A DNA stretch of 36,255 nt from Minisyncoccia bacterium (lineage in GTDB: Bacteria; Patescibacteriota; Minisyncoccia; Phycocordibacterales; Phycocordibacteraceae), in assembly GCA_046756605.1 (NCBI GenBank), contig JBHHWQ010000001.1, positions 1-36,255 on the forward strand, written 5' to 3'. The notes beneath the pieces were generated by a model. The model saw nothing but the letters and a program-made list of their open reading frames with translations, did not search any database and was not told the origin of the DNA. Numbering within the stretch: the first letter of the stretch is position 1; each line of letters opens with the position of its first letter. The translations under genes and the position numbers were made by a program. Of this stretch, positions 32,225 to 36,255 are shown one piece after another.

Positions 32225-33154
32225 ATGGCAAATGTGCAAGATTTAAAGCGCGATTTTCTCGAATATATTGAGATTTCAAAAGGTCGAGCGGTAAAAACGA
32301 TCGAAAATTATGATCGCTACCTCACCCGATTTCTTGAGTTTTCAAAAGCAAAATCACCAAAAGACATTACAGACCGTACCGTCCAGGAGTTCCGGCTGTG
32401 GCTGAACCGCCAAAGCGCGCCCGGCGGGGGCACTCTGAAGAGGCGAACCCAGAACTACTACCTCATCGCGCTCCGCGCTTTCCTGAAGTATCTCCAGCGA
32501 AGCGGCATCGAGACCCTGCCGCCGGAGCGCATCGAGCTCGCGAAGGTTCCCGACCGCTCGCTCGACCTCATCTCCTCAGCGGAGCTCGGGCGCCTCATGG
32601 ACGCCCCGGCGGAAGCCCTGAAGAAGGCCGAAAGTGATGCTGAAGTATTGAAGCTCATGCGCGACCAGGCGATTCTTGAGCTTCTATTTTCTACAGGCCT
32701 CCGGGTTTCAGAGCTTGTTGCTTTGGACAGCGACCTCGACCTCTCGCGCGATGAGTTGCCGGTCCGCGGCAAGGGCGACAAGGTGCGCGTGGTGTTCCTG
32801 TCGGAGCGCGCGAAAACAGCGGTGTGCGCCTATCTCAAAGCGCGGCGTGACATGGAAGCGCCGCTTTTCGTGGATTACGGCCGCGGCCGAAAGGAGCCGC
32901 GCCGCCTTTCCGCTCGTTCGGTCGAGCTTTTGGTGAAGCGCTACGCGGCACTTGCCGGCATTACGAAGAAGGTTACTCCTCACGTAATTCGACACAGCTT
33001 CGCCACCGACCTTTTGGAAAACGGCGCGGACCTTAGAAGTGTTCAGGCGCTTCTCGGGCACGCGAACATCGCCACCACCCAGGTATACACACACGTTACC
33101 GACAAGCACCTTCGCGACGTGCACAAATCCTTTCACGGAAAGAAACGCCGATAA
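32225..33154 (+). CDS. xerC: Tyrosine recombinase XerC/XerD family
   Basis: 309 aa with an N-terminal SAM-like domain and catalytic motifs GLRVSEL, HVIRHSFAT and LLGHANIATTQVYTHV. XerC and XerD cannot be distinguished by eye. Confidence 0.85.
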   Translation: MANVQDLKRDFLEYIEISKGRAVKTIENYDRYLTRFLEFSKAKSPKDITDRTVQEFRLWLNRQSAPGGGTLKRRTQNYYLIALRAFLKYLQRSGIETLPPERIELAKVPDRSLDLISSAELGRLMDAPAEALKKAESDAEVLKLMRDQAILELLFSTGLRVSELVALDSDLDLSRDELPVRGKGDKVRVVFLSERAKTAVCAYLKARRDMEAPLFVDYGRGRKEPRRLSARSVELLVKRYAALAGITKKVTPHVIRHSFATDLLENGADLRSVQALLGHANIATTQVYTHVTDKHLRDVHKSFHGKKRR

Positions 33155-33168
33155 TCTCCTCATTCACC

Positions 33169-33195
33169 AATAAACGAAGTCCGACTTCGTTTATT
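33169..33195 (+). terminator. Rho-independent terminator after xerC
   Basis: aataaacgaagt-ccg-acttcgtttatt: a 12-bp stem followed by a short T run. Confidence 0.7.
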
Positions 33196-33198
33196 TTC

Positions 33199-33232
33199 CC
33201 AAATACCCAAGGTTCGGACCTCGGGTATTTGG
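33199..33232 (+). promoter_or_regulatory. Second strong hairpin upstream of xth, partly sequestering a GGAGGAG Shine-Dalgarno
   Basis: ccaaataccc-a-aggt-tcgg-acct-c-gggtatttgg gives 14 bp with no T-tract. Its 3' arm overlaps GGAGGAG (33231-33237), which precedes a 6-codon mini-ORF (33247-33267). Confidence 0.4.
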
Positions 33233-33272
33233 AGGAGAAGAAATCCATGAGTGGAGTGGTATTCTAAACTTC

Positions 33273-34067
33273 ATGAAACTGGTTTCGTGGAATGTAAACG
33301 GCATACGCGCAGTTATCAAAAAAGACGCCCTCATGCCGATGGTAAAAGCATTGAAGCCCGACATCATCTGTCTTCAGGAAACCAAAGCGCAAAAAGGCCA
33401 GGCAGAAATCGACCTTCCAGAATATGAAGAGTACTGGAACTCGGCTGAGAAGAGGGGCTACTCGGGGACGGCAATCTTTACGAAACTGAAACCACAGACG
33501 GTCCTGCTCGATTTTCCACCTGATATAACGAAGCGCTACGAGCTCAAAGACGGGTACGGCGACTTGACGACCGAGGGGCGCGTTATCACGCTTGAATTCG
33601 ATGAGTACTACGTCGTTACCGTTTACACCCCTAATTCGAAGGGCGACCTCTCGCGCCTTCAGATGCGCCACAAGCACTGGGACCCGGCGTTCCTCGCATA
33701 CATGAAGCGGCTGAAGAAGAAAAAGCCCGTGGTTTTCTGCGGCGACCTTAATGTCGCCCGCACGGAAGACGACCTTGCGCGGCCGAAGGAGAACGAGGGC
33801 GAACACGGTTTCACGAAAGAGGAGCGCGAGGGGGCGAACAAAATAGTACAGGCAGGTTTCACAGACACGTTCCGGATGTTCACACAGGGAAACGGCCACT
33901 ACACGTGGTGGAGCCCCTTCAGGAAGGCGCGCGAGCGCAACATCGGCTGGCGCATCGACTACGTGTTCGTTTCAGAGGTGCTCGAGAAACGCGTCAAAAA
34001 GGCCAAAATTCATGCCGATATCATAGGAAGCGACCACTGCCCGGTTTCGATTGAATTAGGAAGCTAG
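33273..34067 (+). CDS. xthA: Exodeoxyribonuclease III (AP endonuclease)
   Basis: 264 aa with MKLVSWNVNGIRA, CLQETK, GDLNVA and GSDHCPV motifs. Confidence 0.9.
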   Translation: MKLVSWNVNGIRAVIKKDALMPMVKALKPDIICLQETKAQKGQAEIDLPEYEEYWNSAEKRGYSGTAIFTKLKPQTVLLDFPPDITKRYELKDGYGDLTTEGRVITLEFDEYYVVTVYTPNSKGDLSRLQMRHKHWDPAFLAYMKRLKKKKPVVFCGDLNVARTEDDLARPKENEGEHGFTKEEREGANKIVQAGFTDTFRMFTQGNGHYTWWSPFRKARERNIGWRIDYVFVSEVLEKRVKKAKIHADIIGSDHCPVSIELGS

Positions 34068-34145
34068 GCAACTAGGATGCTGCCGGATGTTATTAAATTT
34101 GTTTTTTTACTAGAATCCTAGGGCCTCGATGCATAGCCCATAATC

Positions 34146-34354
34146 TAAAGGACACATGTGGATAATGTCCTTTACGCCTATAAAAGACATGTATGATTGT
34201 AAAGGACAGTTCTTTCATCGACAGGGTTTCGCCGAGCTATACGTGCTCTCAAACCTATTGAATGATACTGGCGGCGTCATAGATTAGCTCCCTGTCCTAA
34301 AGAAAACACCCCTCGGGATCCGAGGGGTGTTTTTTGTCCTTTATTTGTCCTTTT
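34146..34354. repeat. Dispersed 8-mer repeats AAAGGACA/TGTCCTTT around a perfect DnaA box
   Basis: There are exact copies at 34147-34154 (+), 34166-34173 (-), 34201-34208 (+), 34335-34342 (-) and 34346-34353 (-), plus a variant TGTCCTAA at 34293-34300. TGTGGATAA at 34157-34165 sits in the loop of the first inverted pair. Confidence 0.6.
34303..34335. terminator. Bidirectional Rho-independent terminator
   Basis: aaaa-cacccctcgg-gat-ccgaggggtg-ttttt: a 10-bp GC-rich stem extended by A/T pairs. It lies between convergent xth and the small membrane ORF. Confidence 0.8.
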
Positions 34355-34529
34355 TCCGCAAACTCTTCGGAAGCGGTGGTTGCTCAAGTTTTTCAATCGC
34401 GCCCATGAGCCCACGCATAAGAGCATAGAACACTATAAGTCCAAAGAAACTAACTTCGGTCAACTGGAGCCATTCTGGCTGTGCGGCAAACCCTTCTACT
34501 GACCTTGCGAGATTTTCTGGTGCATTCAT
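34341..34529 (-). CDS. Hypothetical small membrane protein
   Basis: 62 aa with one TM (VSFFGLIVFYALMRGLMGAI) and a basic C-tail. It lies 61 nt downstream of cca and is followed by the terminator. Confidence 0.5.
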   Translation of the reverse strand: MNAPENLARSVEGFAAQPEWLQLTEVSFFGLIVFYALMRGLMGAIEKLEQPPLPKSLRKKDK

Positions 34530-34590
34530 GCGATATGTTCAGCGATTTTTATATCTTGTCGCGGCTATTATAGTACGCAACAAACTTTTG

Positions 34591-36087
34591 TCAATTTACG
34601 TGGTGCTTCTCGCGGATGGCCTTAATGGCCTCCGTTTCTTCCTTTTCAAGCGCCAGCTTCCCTGCCTCACCAAGCTCTTTTAGTTTTGCATCCGGCAACC
34701 CACCAAGCTCACGCGCCCGCGATTCCATATACGCTTCGGTATTTTTTGAGGTGTCGTCAAGCACCTCTTCCAAAAGCGCGTGGAGTATCCAGCCGATGCG
34801 CGGTCCGCGCGTTATACCAAGCTTCTCTTGAAGTACGTCGCCGTCGATTTTGAGCATCTTCACACTTGTTGGGTCGCGAAGCGCCTCCTCCACATAAGAT
34901 ATGTATTTACGCAAGCGAAACGGTTGCTCTTTTGGTCTTCCCGTGCCGATACGGTCGCACACTCTGAGGTTTAAAAGATCCCAAATATTCTCCTCCCCCA
35001 CGTTCCGTATGGTGCGCCGCACGGCTGAGAGCGTTACCTGATCCGGGTCTGAAAAGAACATATGCCACCTGACCAGCGCCACCACCTTCTCGCTGAATTC
35101 TTTCGGGAAACGCAAATCAGCCAGGATTTTCTTCGCCACACGCGCACCCACCACATCGTGGCCGTGGAACGTCCAGTCCTTTTTCTCGTTGCTGAAACGA
35201 CGGGTTTCGGGTTTTGAGATGTCATGCAAAAGGCCAGCCACGCGGATTAGCAAACTCCACTCTTTGTCTGCACCGTGCTGCATGGCGCGCAGGTTGTGCT
35301 CAAATACATCGAAACTGTGCGCCTGGTTCTGCTCTACGCCGATTCCCCGCTCCAAGTCCGGCATGATGTATTGCAAGAGACCCAGGCGCTGCGCCATAAA
35401 AAGCGCTTGCATCGGGGTTTTCGTCTCCACCGTGCGGATAAACTCGTCGCGGATGCGCTCTTTGGAAATACGGCCCAGATTATCGGCATTTTCCTGTATT
35501 GCCGCGGCCGTTTCCGTCTCTATCGCAAAATTAAGCTCCGCCGCAAGCCGCACTGCCCGCATCATGCGGAGCGCGTCTTCGGCAAAGCGCTCGCGTGCGT
35601 CCCCCACCGCGCGGAGTATTTTTTTCTTCAAATCTTCCTGTCCGCTGTGCTCATCAATAAGGGATTCGTCTGCTACCCGGTACGCCAGCGCGTTCACCGT
35701 GAAATCCCTTCGCTCCAGATCCTCGGAGAGCGTTTGAGCCCAGGTTACTTCGTCCGGCCGTCTGGCGTCTGAATACTTCCCCTCTTTTCTGTACGGCGTT
35801 ACCTCAATGATTTCCGTCGCCGGAGTACCGGAGTCGGTTTTCACCCCAACCGTTCCGAATTCGTTCTCATAGAACGAATTCGGGAACACTTTCTGGATTT
35901 CCTCAGGCGTGGCGTTTGTCGTGAAGTCCCAGTCTTTGGGAACTTTGCCAAGCATGAGGTCACGAACACACCCCCCTACCAGGTATGCCTCAAACCCCGC
36001 CTTCTCGAGCGCCTCGGAAACCGCTACGACCTCTTTCGGAATGCCCTTTATATTGATAATCACACCTCCATTGTGCCACAGTTCCAT
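34591..36087 (-). CDS. cca: tRNA nucleotidyltransferase (CCA-adding enzyme family) with HD domain
   Basis: 498 aa with class II NTase motifs GGCVRDLMLG and DWDF, plus an HD domain (LLHDISKP). CCA-, CC- and A-adding specificity cannot be told apart by eye. Confidence 0.85.
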   Translation of the reverse strand: MELWHNGGVIINIKGIPKEVVAVSEALEKAGFEAYLVGGCVRDLMLGKVPKDWDFTTNATPEEIQKVFPNSFYENEFGTVGVKTDSGTPATEIIEVTPYRKEGKYSDARRPDEVTWAQTLSEDLERRDFTVNALAYRVADESLIDEHSGQEDLKKKILRAVGDARERFAEDALRMMRAVRLAAELNFAIETETAAAIQENADNLGRISKERIRDEFIRTVETKTPMQALFMAQRLGLLQYIMPDLERGIGVEQNQAHSFDVFEHNLRAMQHGADKEWSLLIRVAGLLHDISKPETRRFSNEKKDWTFHGHDVVGARVAKKILADLRFPKEFSEKVVALVRWHMFFSDPDQVTLSAVRRTIRNVGEENIWDLLNLRVCDRIGTGRPKEQPFRLRKYISYVEEALRDPTSVKMLKIDGDVLQEKLGITRGPRIGWILHALLEEVLDDTSKNTEAYMESRARELGGLPDAKLKELGEAGKLALEKEETEAIKAIREKHHVN

Positions 36088-36119
36088 TTTCGTATTCTGT
36101 AGCGTACTATTCTACTGTC

Positions 36120-36191
36120 GCACCCGTGGTGAAATGGATATCACACCTGGCTTCGGACCAGGCGTTCTGGGTTCGAGTCCTGGCGGGTGCA
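36120..36191 (+). tRNA. tRNA-Arg (anticodon UCG)
   Basis: A 72-nt cloverleaf folded by hand. Acceptor is GCACCCG/CGGGTGC, D stem GTGA/TCAC, anticodon stem CCTGG/CCAGG with loop CTTCGGA. T arm is CTGGG-TTCGAGT-CCTGG, with discriminator A. The 3' CCA is not encoded (followed by CAA). Confidence 0.85.
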
Positions 36192-36206
36192 CAATTTCTT
36201 GGAATG

Positions 36207-36232
36207 AGTCGCCTTCGGCGGCTTTTTCTTTT
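36207..36232 (+). terminator. Probable terminator after tRNA-Arg
   Basis: agtcgcc-ttc-ggcggct is a 7-bp stem with one G-U pair, followed by ttttctttt. Confidence 0.5.
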
Positions 36233-36255
36233 ACTTCAGGAATGAAAGACCAAGA

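Noticed and set aside
34156-34287. 43-codon ORF (MWIMSFTPIKDMYDCKGQFFHRQGFAELYVLSNLLNDTGGVID) in the xth-downstream non-coding patch.
   Set aside because: The AAAGGA upstream of it is part of the repeated 8-mer rather than a dedicated SD. There is no recognisable family and no support for coding beyond being open. It is kept only as a remote possibility within the repeat-cluster finding.

Overview
All calls come from reading the sequence and the supplied ORF translations; no database search was run. The window looks like a tightly packed, mostly high-GC bacterial chromosome segment around the replication-initiation genes. By inference only, the gene content and architecture resemble a Patescibacteria/CPR (Parcubacteria-like) genome: a short YidC, a truncated YebC, a four-helix-bundle gene, a minimal T4SS-like cluster and long co-directional gene runs. 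Left to right: ruvB (3' end)-ruvC, a small acidic ORF, tyrS(-), a class A PBP(+), DUF721-like/dnaN/dnaA(-), rpmH-rnpA-yidC(+). Next comes an ~11-kb near-gapless minus-strand operon (8797-19617) with a VirB4-type ATPase, a PrgI/VirB3-like protein, a VirB6-sized polytopic protein and six envelope proteins I cannot place. It continues with rsmA, pcrA/uvrD and an orphan 527-aa acidic protein (all -), a LysM/M23 peptidase(+), then comM/yifB, short yebC, dksA-like, a membrane protein, pnp, an NYN-domain gene and rpsO (all -). The window ends with xerC-like recombinase and xth (+), a small membrane ORF and cca (-), and tRNA-Arg(UCG)(+). The best candidate for something undescribed is the relaxase-less, coupling-protein-less T4SS-like operon. 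Its VirB4 appears split into two genes. Its only interruption is a decayed four-helix-bundle gene bracketed by CTAG-N3-CTAG direct repeats. Other observations: a ~3-kb low-GC island covering exactly dnaA-dnaN-DUF721; an NYN RNase-fold gene plus a structured 213-nt spacer between rpsO and pnp; a perfect 53-bp palindrome between divergent rpsO and xerC; and a 270-bp low-GC non-coding stretch with five exact copies of AAAGGACA/TGTCCTTT around a perfect DnaA box. No CRISPR array, rRNA, transposase or integrase-flanked island was seen.
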